Assembly (NCBI RefSeq): GCF_009914755.1
Contig: NC_060929.1
Strand: one strand, 5' to 3'
Source of the DNA: the human T2T-CHM13v2.0 reference genome, Homo sapiens
DNA length: 64,000 nt
In this document: positions 1-13,559 of the stretch, piece after piece
How the letters are laid out: each line of letters begins with the position of its first letter
Position numbering within the stretch: position 1 is the first letter of the stretch
Notes under the pieces: model-generated
What the model was told of the DNA's origin: nothing
Seen by the model: the letters and a program-made list of their open reading frames with translations, nothing else
Databases searched by the model: none
Translations under genes and position numbers: made by a program

Positions 1-59
1 GTGCAACACATTGGTTCCCAATGTAGGGACAGAGAATTGTTCTGGTCAGGGAGGTCAGC

Positions 60-402
60 ATAGCCATCATCCCCCAGGAATGATGATCAAGCTGATGTTG
101 AAGAAAGAGGGGAGGTTAACTTGGCAAAGGGAAAGTAAAAGCATCCCAGGCAGAGGAAACAGCCTATGCAAAGGTCCTGGGGCTGGATGGAGCGGGAGCA
201 CTTGAGAAACATCAGCGTGGCTGCAGTACAGAGTACCAGGTGAGGCGTGCTCAGCCAAGAGAAGCTGGAGAGCTGGGCAGGACCAAGCAGGCAGAGCTCA
301 CGGGCCCATTAGAATTTGGGCCATAATTGTTAGAGCAATGGGAATCCATTAAAGGCTTTTAAGCAGGGAGTGATATCCATTTTGATAAGCTCACTGGCTG
401 CA
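60..402 (-). mobile_element. L2 LINE fragment
   Basis: CCAGGCAGAGGAAACAGC..TGCAAAGGTCCTG and TTTTAAGCAGGGAGTGA motifs typical of antisense L2. Confidence 0.6.
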
Positions 403-494
403 AGTCAAGTGTGAAAGAAAGGAACATGAGGGGGGACTTCCTTTACAGAAACCAGAACATGCAATGAAGTCACTAAAATCAGATCGTTGTGATA

Positions 495-1010
495 TTAGAA
501 AGGCATAGACAAATAGATCTGTGGAACAGGATAAATAATCCAGAATTAGATCTCAGGATATAGATGTTAGCATTTGACAAAAGAAGTATCTCATCACAGT
601 GGAAAAAGGATAGTTTATTTCACAAATGGTGCTGGCCTGATAATGTAACCCTCTGGAATAAATAAAATGAACCCTCATCTTAAACCACAAAATCGGGTGG
701 TGGGAGGGGGGAAGGATAGCATTAGGAGATACACCTAATGTAAATGACGAGTTAACAGGTGCAGCACACCAACATGGCACATGTATACCTATGTAACAAA
801 CCTGCACGTTGTGCACATGTACCCTAGAACTTAAAGTATATTAAAAAAAAAACTTGGAAAAATAAATAAATAAAGCTTGCCTACCATGAGTCATTAAAAT
901 GTCAAAAAAAACCCCACAAAATCCAAAATTTCAGATAGATCAAAAATGTAAATGTAAGAATTAAAATAATACAAAATAATGTAAGATATTCTAGGACACT
1001 GTATGTTTAA
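495..1010 (+). mobile_element. Old L1M ORF2-region fragment, split by an L1PA insertion
   Basis: ATAGACAAATAGATC.GTGGAACAG and GATCAAAAATGTAAATGTAAGA resemble L1 ORF2; sequence resumes after the TSD at 923. Confidence 0.6.
695..852 (+). mobile_element. 5'-truncated L1PA 3' end with poly(A)
   Basis: GCAGCACACCAACATGGCACATGTATACCTATGTAACAAACCTGCACGTTGTGCACATGTACCCTAGAACTTAAAGTATA followed by an A-run. Confidence 0.92.
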
Positions 1011-1070
1011 CATAGAGCAGGGGCCAGCAAACTACAGCACATGGGCCCCATCCAGCTGGCTGGCTGACTT

Positions 1071-1625
1071 AAAAAAAAAACAGTTTTATTAAAATATAAT
1101 GCACATACCATATAATTCACTCACTTGAAGTATACAGGTCAATGATTTTTAGTATATTCTTAGATACATGCAACCATCACCAAAGTCAATTGTAGAACAT
1201 TTTCATCACTTCAGAAAGAAACTCCATACCTCTTAGCTATCAACCCCCATTCCCTATCCTCCCCAGCCCTAGGCAACCACTAATCTACTTTCTGTTTCTA
1301 TAGATCTGCCAATCCTGGACATTTCATATGAACAGAGTCATATTATAAGTGATCATCTGCAACTGTTCTTTTTTCTCTTAGCATGTTTTCAAGATTCATC
1401 CATGTTGTAGCAAGTATCAGAACTTCACTCCTTTTCATGGATGAATAATATTCCATTTTATGGATATCCCACATTTTGCGTATCCATTCATCCATTGATG
1501 GACATTTAGTTTGTTTCCTCCTTTTGGCTATTATGATTAGTGCTGCTATGAACATTCAGGTACCAGTATTTGTGTGAACTATGCTGCCATTTTTCTTGGG
1601 CATTTACCTAGAAGTAGAATTGCTG
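1071..1625 (-). mobile_element. L1M (MB/MC-like) 3' portion
   Basis: CCCAGCCCTAGGCAACCACTAATCTACTTTCTG; minus-strand ORF MFIAALIIIAK..CPSMDEWI..YYS resembles L1 ORF2 C-terminus. Confidence 0.8.
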
Positions 1626-1632
1626 CTGCCTA

Positions 1633-1944
1633 TTTTTTTTTTTTTTTTTTTTTTTTTTGAGACAGAATCTCGCACTGTTGCCTGTGCTGGAGGGCGGTGG
1701 CACGATCTCGGCTCACTGCAACCTCCGCCTCCCAGGTTCAAGAGATTCTCCTGCCCCAGCCTCCTGAGTAGCTGCGATTACAGGTACCCGCCACCACACC
1801 CAGCTAATTTTTTTGTTTGTATTTTTAGTAGAGATGGGTTTTCACCATGTTGGCCAGGCTGGTCTCAAACTCCTGACCTCTTGACCTGCCTGCCTCAGCC
1901 TCCCAAAGTGGTGGGATTAAAGGCATGAGCTACCACGCCCGGCC
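1633..1944 (-). mobile_element. AluS
   Basis: Full dimer, poly(T), flanking CTGCCTATTTTT repeat. Confidence 0.95.
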
Positions 1945-2168
1945 TTCTGCCTGCCTATTTTTATAAACAATGTTTTATTCAAGCACATTCGTTGGCATAT
2001 TTATGGCTGCTTTTGTGTCATGATGCCAGAGTTGAGTGGTTATGACAGAGACCATACCATACACCCCTCAAAGCCTGAAATAGTTACTTGCTGGATTTTT
2101 ATGCAAAAATTTCCCAACTTCTGGTCTAGAGGTTGGGAAGACCTTATTTGTCAAAGAAAAGTGAGATT

Positions 2169-2769
<601 letters not shown>

Positions 2770-2914
2770 GAGATTACTTAAAAATTAAATTTGACTATAT
2801 ATTTATAAATCAAATCTTTAGTATGGCAAAAGATACTAAAAACAAACTCAGTGGGCAAACACTAGAGTTTGAAAAATAGCACTGTCTACTAAAGACAGAG
2901 AAAAGTTTCCTATC

Positions 2915-3387
2915 TTATGTCACCGACAGTCCTGGCAAGAGGTAGGTGGCACGATCAACTGGGGTAGTTTAAGGCAATATAATGAAGGGACAATACAGAG
3001 GGGTGTGCAGGGTTTAACAAATGCATCCAGGGACCTGCACAACCGCAGAGCTGGTATCAGAAGGAAATAATTTCCACCAAGGCCAAAAGGAGTTGGGATA
3101 TCAAGGAGTTTTCAGAGCCTGGAAAAGACTATATGGCGGGTGGAGGGCCAGAAGACAGGAGCTGCAGAGGAATGAAGCCGATTTATGATGCCCATCAAGG
3201 GCAGGAAAAGGGCTTGGGTGTAAATACCCCAATCTCTCTTTCCTCTTGCCCAGTGATCTTCAGGTGTGCCTCACACTGGCCAAACCCAACCAGAAGCTGG
3301 CTATACAGTCCGTATGGGATAAGAGGCACATAGCAGATGGAGAAAGCAGAGCCTGATCTGGAAGGACAGATGGAAGACATCCAGCAT
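2915..3387 (-). mobile_element. ERVL LTR, LTR33-like
   Basis: Ends GATCTGGAAGGACAGATGGAAGACATCCAGCA, the reverse complement of the LTR33 start; TGGCCAAACCCAACCAGAAG motif. Confidence 0.6.
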
Positions 3388-3494
3388 GCAGCCTGAAAGG
3401 AGAAGCCATCACAACAGAAAAATGGGTAAAGGTGATAACTAGACAGTCAACGGAACGACCAAAAACATGAAAAATATACTCAAATTTATATTAA

Positions 3495-3851
<357 letters not shown>

Positions 3852-4016
3852 TGATCAAGTTTTATATCTGACAGAGCTCTCACACCTATGGCTGGTGGGG
3901 AGGTAAAGAAAGTGGTACTCCCACATATTGCTGGTGGAAACGTGCAATGTTACAGACATTTTGGAAAGCAGCCATTCAACTCCTGCAAACCTACCCCACA
4001 AAAATAAAGACCCCTT

Positions 4017-4310
4017 GGCTGAGCGAGGTGGCTCATGCCTGTAATCCCAGCGCTTCGGGAGGCTGAGGCAGGCAGATCACCTGAGGTCAGGAGTTCGAGA
4101 CCAGCCAGACCAACATGGTGAAATCACATGTCTACTAAAAATACAAAAATTAGCCAGGTGTGGTGGTGCAGGCCTGTAATCCCAGCTACTCAGGAGGCTG
4201 AGGCAGGAGAATCACTTGAACCCAGGAGGCAGAGGTTGCAGTGAACCAAGATCGTGCCACTGCATTCCAGCCTGGGTGACAGAATGAGACTCCATCTCAA
4301 AAAATTTAAA
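4017..4310 (+). mobile_element. AluS
   Basis: Full dimer followed by A/TA tail. Confidence 0.95.
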
Positions 4311-4374
4311 AAAATATATATATATATATAAAATGCCCTAATAAAGAAAGACTTATGTACAGCAAAATTGCAGT

Positions 4375-5170
<796 letters not shown>

Positions 5171-5174
5171 AGAT

Positions 5175-5650
5175 GGTGACTGAATACACTGATACATCCA
5201 CACAGTGAAATATTATGCAGCCATTAAAAAGAAAGAATTAGAGCTATACTCGATGACTTGGAAAGATGTCTATGAAGTGTTGTTGGGTGAAGAAGGTAAG
5301 ATGCAGAAAACTATAATATTGTTTTAAATGTTTTTATAGGATGGTCCCATTTTAAAAAAAGAAGCAATAATGAGTAAATTCTGTATGTGTAAATGTGCAT
5401 ACAAATATGTGCTCAGGATTGAATGAGTACAGATAAAAACATGGAATGACACACAGCAGGTCGTTGGCATGAGTGTGGGTTGCTGTGTGAGGCGAGGGGG
5501 TGGAAAAGGAGGAGCCAAACCAAAAAGAAAAGAAAGAAAACTGTACTGACTAAATAAAGGATATTTCTGATCATTTTTAGGCATTTGTGTAAAATTGTAT
5601 TTATGGATATGCATGCATGTATTGTAGGTATATGTATAAACAAATTACAC
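5175..5650 (+). mobile_element. Old L1ME 3' fragment
   Basis: ATATTATGCAGCCATTAAAAAGAA motif. Confidence 0.5.
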
Positions 5651-5664
5651 TGAAACTTTAAAAA

Positions 5665-6160
5665 TTTTTATTTTATTTTAATTTATTTATTTTTATTTTA
5701 TTTTATTATTTTTTTTGAGGCACAGTCTCGCTCTGTTGCCCAGGCTAGAGTGCTGTGGCACAATCTTGGCTCACCGCAACCTCCGCCTCCCAGGTTCAAG
5801 CTATTCTCCTGCCTCACCCTCCCGAGTAGTTTAGATTACAGGTGCCCGCCACCACACCCAGCTAGTTTTGTATTCTTAGTAGAGACGGGGTTTCACCATG
5901 TTGGCCAGGCTGGTCTCGAACTAACAACCTCAGGTGATCTGCATCTGCCTGCCTCAGCCTCCCAAAGTGCTGGGATTACAGGCGTGAGCCACCGTGCCCA
6001 GCCTAATTTTTATTTTTTAGGGACAGGGTCTCACTCTGTTGCCCAGGCTGGAGTACAGTGACCATAGCTCACTACAGCCTCGAACTTCTGTGCTCAAGCC
6101 ATCTTCCTCCTCAGCCTCCAGAATAGCTGGTACTACAGGCGCAAGCCACTGTCCCCAGCT
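5665..6160 (-). mobile_element. AluS (5665-6004) plus adjacent AluJ/FRAM-like monomer (6005-6160)
   Basis: Alu consensus motifs and T-rich tails. Confidence 0.9.
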
Positions 6161-6199
6161 GAAAATATTTTCAGCCAAAAAGTCATTGGCTACAGTACT

Positions 6200-6425
6200 G
6201 AGGTCAGAGTGGTGACAGGGAGACCAGTTGGGAAGTTATGGTGTTTACACAGGCAAGAGGGAATGGTGGCTTGGATTGGGCTGGTGGTAGTAGCATGGAG
6301 AGAAAATTATGGATTTGAGAAACACTCCACAGATAAAAATGGTCAGGATAGGGAATGGGTCGGTTTGCGGGCAGTGGGAGGAAGGGAAGAATCAAAGATG
6401 ATTCCCAGATTACTAATGGGGTGAT
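6200..6425 (-). mobile_element. L2 fragment
   Basis: CAGGGAGACCAGTTGGGAAGTTA..GAATCAAAGATGATTCCCAG. Confidence 0.55.
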
Positions 6426-7097
6426 TTTGAATTCTTACTTTCCCTCATCTGTAAATGAGGTAAGATGATACCACCTATTTCGAGATGCTGTGAGGATGAA
6501 GCGAAGAATATAAAATGCCTACCAAAGAATGTGCCCATCACCCACTTTAACCCCCAAGTAACCTAAAGGGCAGAGCCCACCTGGCGTGATCTCGTGGTAA
6601 CCCTACAGACCACGTGTTCAGTGGGTTCAGCCAGGGGAGGCTGGGGACCCGCGTGTTGAGATAATCAGGGCAGGGTGAGGTTGCAGAGACGGTTCAGGGT
6701 TAGTTGGGTGCCGTAGCTCACATGTACACACATATTCTTTGTTCTTGCAGAGCTGGACTGCTGTTAGAGGAGCCTGTGACTAGAGCGTGTGCAGGCAGGA
6801 ACTCCATCCCAGGCACCCAAGGCCCCGCCTTTGGCCATCAGAACACAGCTTTCCATTCAGTTTGGCTCAGCTATTTAGTGCTCACTGTGTGCAAGAAAGG
6901 CCCTCAGGGAGTTGTCATTAAAATGACAGGTAGGAAAAAGAGCCACAGAAATACAAGTAGGTGATAAGAGCCCTACACGCTGGGCAGATAAAGGGCTTCA
7001 AAATGATGTGAAAAGAGGAGGGAAGGGACACTTCCACTTAGGAGTGCTCCTGGAAGGGCTTTTGGGAGGAAGTGGCTTTTGAAGGATGGGTAGAATT

Positions 7098-7436
7098 TGT
7101 TTTTTTGTTTTTGCTTTTTCTTTCTTTCTTTTTCTTTTTTTTTTTTTCTTTTGAGACCAAGTTTCGCTCTGTCTCCTATGCTGGAGTGCAATGGCTCTAT
7201 CTCGGCTCACTGCCACCTCTGCCTCCTGGGTTCAAGCACTCCTCCCTGCCTCAGCCTCCTGAGTAGCTGGGATTACAGGCGCCCACCACCATGCCCGGCT
7301 GATTTTTGTATTTTTTAGTAGAGACAGGGTTTCGCCATGTTGGCCAGGCTGGTCTTGAACTCCTGACCTCAGGTGATCCACCTGCCTCGGTCTCCCAAAT
7401 TGCTGAGATTTCAGGCGTAAGCCACCACGCTAGGCC
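7098..7436 (-). mobile_element. AluS
   Basis: Full dimer; flanking ATGGGT(A/G)GAATTTG repeat. Confidence 0.93.
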
Positions 7437-7639
7437 AATGGGTGGAATTTGGATATGCAGACTGGGCAATTTGTCTTTTTAAAAAGGAAATTCTTCCCAT
7501 TTTTAAAGAATCAACTCAAAAGGCTGCCTTCCTGCTTACTGGATCCTGCTGGGTGGAATAATTTATGTTTTCCTGAGCACCTTCTTAACACTTACAGAGC
7601 TAGTAACAGGGCCCTGTATGCTTCCTGCTGTACACTTGG

Positions 7640-7790
7640 TTGTTTGTGATCTTCCCCTCTAGACTAGGAGTGTTTGCAAGTTGCAGCTTGAGCACACCAG
7701 GGTCTTTAGTCTTACTGCCCAAGAGCCAGCATCGTGCCTTTACTTGGTTGGCACTCAAAGAAATGTGTGTTGAATGAGGAAGTACAACCA
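7640..7790 (+). mobile_element. L2 3' end
   Basis: GGCACTCAAAGAAATGTGTGTTGAATGA terminus. Confidence 0.5.
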
Positions 7791-7959
7791 ATCTAATGTC
7801 GCAGCTAATATTTATTTAGCAATTCAGTGGATTTCAGCAATGGACTTGGTAAGGTTCACATTTTTATTTTCCTCTGTTCAAGAACCCAACAAGCATTTCT
7901 CAGTATCAATTTCCTGAATCGGGCCATGAAGTTTTTTCTCAGAAACAAGGAATTGCGTA

Positions 7960-8150
7960 TTAGCCTTATGTGTTGAGCCTTTACCATGTGTGAGGCACTG
8001 TAGAAAGTGCTTTATAGATTTTATCCATATAGTATTCAAAACAGTTCTTTAAGAAGAAGATTTCACTATGTTCATTTTACAATTAGAAATACTGAGATTT
8101 AGCAAGGTCAGTAATTTCAGTCATAATGGCAGAGTTAAGATCAAAACCCT
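7960..8150 (-). mobile_element. MIR
   Basis: CATTTTACAATTAGAAATACTGAG core. Confidence 0.6.
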
Positions 8151-8187
8151 AAACATGAGAAAGCTGCCTCTCACTTATGTATGAAAC

Positions 8188-8233
8188 TGTGTGTGTGTGT
8201 GTGCGCACGCACACACACACACACATGTGCACA
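8188..8233. repeat. (TG)n-(CA)n self-complementary microsatellite
   Basis: 18-bp perfect arms 8188-8205 and 8208-8225. Confidence 0.9.
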
Positions 8234-8348
8234 GAGTTCTCAAGTTTGTGAAATTAAAGGTTGGTCCCTGTGAGCTTGGACAGCACCATGAGCCCTGACA
8301 AGCCCAGGACTCAAATCCATGAGCATAAAAATATTCATTTAAATTTGG

Positions 8349-8582
8349 GGCCAGGCACGGTGGCTCGCACCTGTAATCCTAACACTTTGGGAGGCCAAGG
8401 ATGGTGGATCACTTGAGGTCAGGAGTTTGAGACGAGCCTGCCCAACATGGTGAAACCCCGTCTCTACTAAAAATATAAAAATTACTTGGAAATCGCTTGA
8501 ACCCAGGAGGCGGAGGTTGCAGTGAGATGAGATTGTGCCACTGCACTCCAGCCTGGGCAACAGAGTGAGACTCCATCTCTAA

Positions 8583-8629
<47 letters not shown>

Positions 8630-8630
8630 A
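8349..8630 (+). mobile_element. AluS with internal deletion and (TAAA)n tail
   Basis: Right-monomer start missing after AAAAATTA; TSD TAAATTTGGGG. Confidence 0.92.
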
Positions 8631-8638
8631 TTTGGGGT

Positions 8639-9750
8639 CCTGGTTTATTTCACTTAGCATAATTTCCTTCTGGTTTATCTATGTTGTCCCAAGTGGTAGG
8701 ATCTCCTGTTTTTATGCACACACACACACACACACACACTCTCTCTCTCCACATTATATTTATTCATCCATTTGTTGAATAAAAACAAATGTTGTTGGAA
8801 GCAACATTTAGGTTGTTCTAGTATCTTGGCTATTGTGAATAATGCTGCAGTAAACACGGGAGTGCAGACATCTCTTTGTGATACTGATTTCAAGTCCTTT
8901 ACACTTATACCCACAAGCGGGATTGCCAGATCATGTGGTAGTTCTATTCTTAATTTTTTGAGAAACCTCCATACTGTTTTCCATAATGGCTGTATCAATT
9001 TGCATTCCCACCAAGAGAGTACAAGTGTTCCCTTTACTCCACATCCTTGCCAACACTTGTTATCTTTTGTCTTTTTGATGATAGCCTTTCTAACAGGTAG
9101 GAGATGATATCTCACTGTGGTTTTGGTTTGCATTTCCCTGATGATGAGTGATGCTGAGCATCTTTTCATAGAGCTGTTGGCCATTCATATGTTCTTCTTT
9201 TGAAAAAATGTCTATTCAGGCCCTTTGCCCAGCGTTTAAATCAGATTATCTGTTGTTGTTCTTATTGTTTTGTGCTATTGTGCAGTTTGAGTTCCTTATA
9301 TGTTTGGGATATTAGCCCCTTATGAAATATATGGTTTGCAGGACCTCACGTATATGTGGAATCTAAAATAGTTGAATTCATAGAAGCACAGAGTGGAATG
9401 GTGCTTTCCAGGAGTTAGGGGCTAGGGGTAACAAGGAGAGGTTGTTCAAAGGGTATGAAGTTCCAGTTGCACAAGATGCATAAGTTCTGGAGATCCAAGG
9501 TACAGCAGTGACTAGAGTTAACAGTACTGTATTGGTTACTTGAAATTTTCTTAGAAGGTAGGTTTTAAGTATTCTCACCACACACGCAAAAAGTAATTAT
9601 GTGAGGTGACGGATATGTTACTTAGCTTGATCGTGGTGATCATTTCACTATCTATATGTATATCAAAACATCAAGTTGTGCACTTTTAAATATGTACAAT
9701 TTTTATCAATTGTACCTCAATAAAGCTAAAAAATAAGTAGGTAAATAAAT
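8639..9750 (+). mobile_element. L1MA/MB 3' element with 5' inversion (8639-9340 minus, 9345-9750 plus)
   Basis: ORF2 C-terminal homology on minus (169-aa ORF), 3'UTR and AATAAA on plus, flanking TAAATTTGGG repeat. Confidence 0.85.
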
Positions 9751-9872
9751 AAATTTGGGCCCAGGTGATCCCCCTTTGGTAATTGAGAGAAGAGACTCAG
9801 CAAATCCATGTGACCATCACAATAATGTGGGCTCCTCTATGGCCAAGTGTAAAAGCTCCTAGTTCTCATCTG

Positions 9873-10536
<664 letters not shown>

Positions 10537-10764
10537 AGTTGGAGAAGAGCAGGGGCAGCCAGCGTCATCTGGGGCCCTGGCCTCCTGCTCCAAGCTGGAT
10601 TCAGGACTAGCTCTTCTGCCCATGCTTTTCCCTCCATCCCTCAGTGTCCTTGATCCATAGCCCTGTGCTGCCACCCGTGTGGTGGCTGTAGATCTGCTGC
10701 AGGGTCCTGCGGGAGACGGGCATTGTTTCTCACTGTCCCTCCCTCTTTTATCTTTATAGAGAAT

Positions 10765-10960
10765 ATTAAGCATGTGTCCCAGGCACTGTGCTAAGCACCT
10801 TACATGTAGTAGTGATTTAAACTCTCACTAGAATCCTATGAGGTAAGTACGACATTATTGAGGATGAGCAAGGTTGAGTGGCTTGCCCAGTTTACTTAAT
10901 TAGGGAGCAGAGGAGCTGGGATTTGATTTTAGGTTGGCTGATCCCAAACCCAACTTTCCC
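10765..10960 (-). mobile_element. MIR
   Basis: CAGGCACTGTGCTAAGCAC..CCTATGAGGTAAGTAC. Confidence 0.7.
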
Positions 10961-11337
10961 AAGTATAAGCCCAGTGTCCATAACCACAGCTCTGCAGGTT
11001 CCACTAAGGGTATGAGTGGTGGAGGGTTTCCTTTGGTAACATCACACTGGAATCCTGGAATTGTCCATTTGTGTGCCCAGGGCTTTGGGAGTGAGACACA
11101 CTGTTCTTTGTGGCAGCTCTAGGCTATGGTGAGAATTTTATGGGACAAGGACACTCAGTGGGTAAGCAGAGAAGGATACTGCAATGGAAGTAAAAGTTGC
11201 TAGCACTTAAAAAAAATCCCATTCTTTCCAATTGAGTCCCACCCTCTACCTACTCTCCAGAATAAATAAATAAACATCCCATTCCTTCCTTCCTCTCTCC
11301 TCCCTCTTTCTCTTGGGAAATTAAGAGTGAGACTTTG

Positions 11338-12175
11338 GGGCCAACTCAGTGGCTTCCACCTGTAACCCCAGCACTTTAGGAGGTCAAGGCAGGAGGACCC
11401 TTTGAGCCCAGTGGTTTGAAGCTGCAGTGAGCTATGATCGTGCCACTGCATTCCAGCCTAGGCAACAGAGCAAGACCCTGTCCCTATTTTTAAAAATAAA
11501 TAAGCCAGCTGGGTACGGTGGCTCACACCTATAATCCCAGCACTTTGGGTGGCTGAGGTGAGTGGATCTCCTGAGGTCAGGAGTTCGAGACCAGCCTGAC
11601 CAATATGGTGAAACCCCATCTTTACTAAAAATACAAAAATTAGCCAGGTGTGGTGGTGTGTGCCTGTAGTCTCAGCTACTTGGGAGGCTGAGACAGGAGA
11701 ATTGCTTGAACCCAGGAGGCAGAGTTTGCTGTGAGACGATATCACACCATAGCACTCCACCCTGGGCAACAGGGTGAGACTCCATCTCAAAAATCAATCA
11801 ATCAGTCAATCAATCAATCAGGCCTGGTACAGCGGCCCACATCCATAATCCTAGCACTTTGGGAGACCAAGGCAGGAGGATCACTTGAGGTCAGGAGTTC
11901 CAGACCAGCCTGGTCAACATGGCGAAACCCTGTCTCTACTAAAAATGCAAAAATTAGCCAGGCATGATGACCTGTGCCTATAATCCCAGCTACTCAGGAG
12001 GCTGAGGCAGGAGAATTGCTTGAGCCCGGGAGGGGGAAGTTGCAATGAACTGAGATCATGCCACTGCAGTCTAGCCTGCACAGTAGAGCAAGACTCTGTC
12101 CCCATTAAAAATAAATAAATAAAAATAAAGTATAAAACAAAAATTATTGAAAGATAAATAAATAAATAAATAAAT
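11338..12175 (+). mobile_element. Three head-to-tail Alus (monomer 11338-11500; AluS 11507-11820; AluS 11821-12175)
   Basis: Alu motifs with A-, AATC- and TAAA-tails. Confidence 0.9.
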
Positions 12176-12184
12176 CAGAAACGA

Positions 12185-12870
12185 CCAGATTTTGAAGTCA
12201 GGCACACCTAAGTTAAAATGTTGGTTAATTTGCTGAACAGACACTCTGTTCAGCAAGTGAACCAGCATTTCCTACAGTCTGGGGCAGACAATCGTATGGA
12301 AGTCTGGAAAAATACAGAACATCAGTGTTTTGAGAACCCTGGACCACTCCTGTCCCTCTACCTCAGTCATCAATGCAGAAGCCTGGCTTTGCTCTATTAA
12401 GATTGGAAATGTACACTGTTGAGTCCCAGTGGTGGAAGGAAGGAGGGTCTTTCTTCCTGTGTTAATTGAATAGAGGCTACAGTGGTTAGCCTGGACTAAA
12501 GGCATCCCTGTCTTTTGAGCAGTTCACCTCAGTAGAAAAGAATCTAAAGGAAGATCACTGCCATTTAGATCTGCTGACCTGTGTGCCTACCCCTTGCAAA
12601 TGTCTGCTGGGTACTTCTAATTCCACAGGTCATCAGATGCCTGCTTGGTAATATATGAATAATAAAAACAACTTTCACTTCTTCCTATTTAAAAAAAAAA
12701 AAATGCTGGTTCAGCCACTGACTAGCTGTGTGACCTTGGACAAACCACTTAACCTCTCTGGGCTTCACTTCTCTCATCTGCAAAACTGGGACAGTGACAG
12801 ACACTAGCTCATTGTTATGTGAATCAGGAAACATGCACAAGTAAATGCTTAATAAATAGGTAGCTGTTCT
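12185..12870 (+). mobile_element. MIR interrupted by a retrocopy
   Basis: GAAGTCAGGCACACCTAAGTT (left) rejoins GCCACTGACTAGCTGTGTGACCTTGG (right) as in MIR consensus. Confidence 0.75.
12229..12699 (+). pseudogene. 5'-truncated processed retrocopy of an unidentified mRNA 3' end
   Basis: AATAAA 12661-12666, A-tail from 12691, TSD AAAATG(T/C)TGGTT(A/C)A at 12215-12228 and 12700-12713, TT/AAAA L1 endonuclease site. Confidence 0.82.
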
Positions 12871-12981
12871 GAATCCCTTCTGCTCCCAGTCTGCCCCTCA
12901 ATAGCTGAGTGACATTGGATAAGATCCTTCTTCTATGGGCCTCGGTTTCCTAATTTGTACAATGAGTGTGATTGACTAGGT

Positions 12982-13264
12982 CAGCGTTTCCTGAAGTATG
13001 GCTCACTGGTGTAAGCTAGATGATTTTTCGTGGTACAAGGTGAATATTTGTTATTTAAAATTATGAATAGATTTTAACGTATAAGAGAAAAAATAAAACT
13101 AAGATAGCAAACATGTGATTTTGTGGATATTGTTTGGAATGAAGCCAAGTAAAAAGTAGCGATTTAAAATAAAAAGCATGAAGTGAATAACAGATCAAGC
13201 GGTACACCAATACGGCAGAAGTTGGGAAGGTGATCCTTGAACAACCCGGATTTGGGGAAGTCTG
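12982..13264. mobile_element. MER102-like hAT-Charlie element
   Basis: CAGCGTTTCCTGAAG start, AGATGATTTTTCGTGGTACA, TTTGGGGAAGTCTG end. Confidence 0.6.
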
Positions 13265-13559
13265 GGCAAGATGATCTGGCTTTGATTATCTGGCTACCCA
13301 AAGAAAATCCACCTCATGAGTTACTTGCTAGGGGGACCCGTTGGTCCGCCCTATTTTTTTAAGTGGCCAGGCCCCTGTAAGCCCCATTGCCAGGAGTTTT
13401 GGCTAATGCCCTTTCAGTACATGTTGCAAAAATAATATAAATAACTCATCCTAGGACTTCAAACATGCCACCTGAGATGTATGGTGGAAGATTACAGGTT
13501 TCCAAGACGCACCCCCTCCATCATTCCCGTGGCTTAGAGGCTTGCTGGAGAGCGGAGAT

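Larger units (their letters stand above)
1018..2124. mobile_element. MER58A hAT-Charlie element split by an L1 fragment and an Alu
   Basis: Left end CAGGGGCCAGCAAACTACAG (1018-1070); remainder 1950-2124 TTATGGCTGCTTT..GAGTTGAGTGGTTATGACAGAGACC..TTCCCAACTTCTG. Confidence 0.75.

Noticed and set aside
8675-9184. 169-aa ORF, the longest in the window
   Set aside because: Degenerate L1 ORF2 C-terminus inside an inverted, truncated L1.
12245-12690. Naming the parent gene of the retrocopy
   Set aside because: None of the three forward frames gave a protein I recognise; any name would be a guess.
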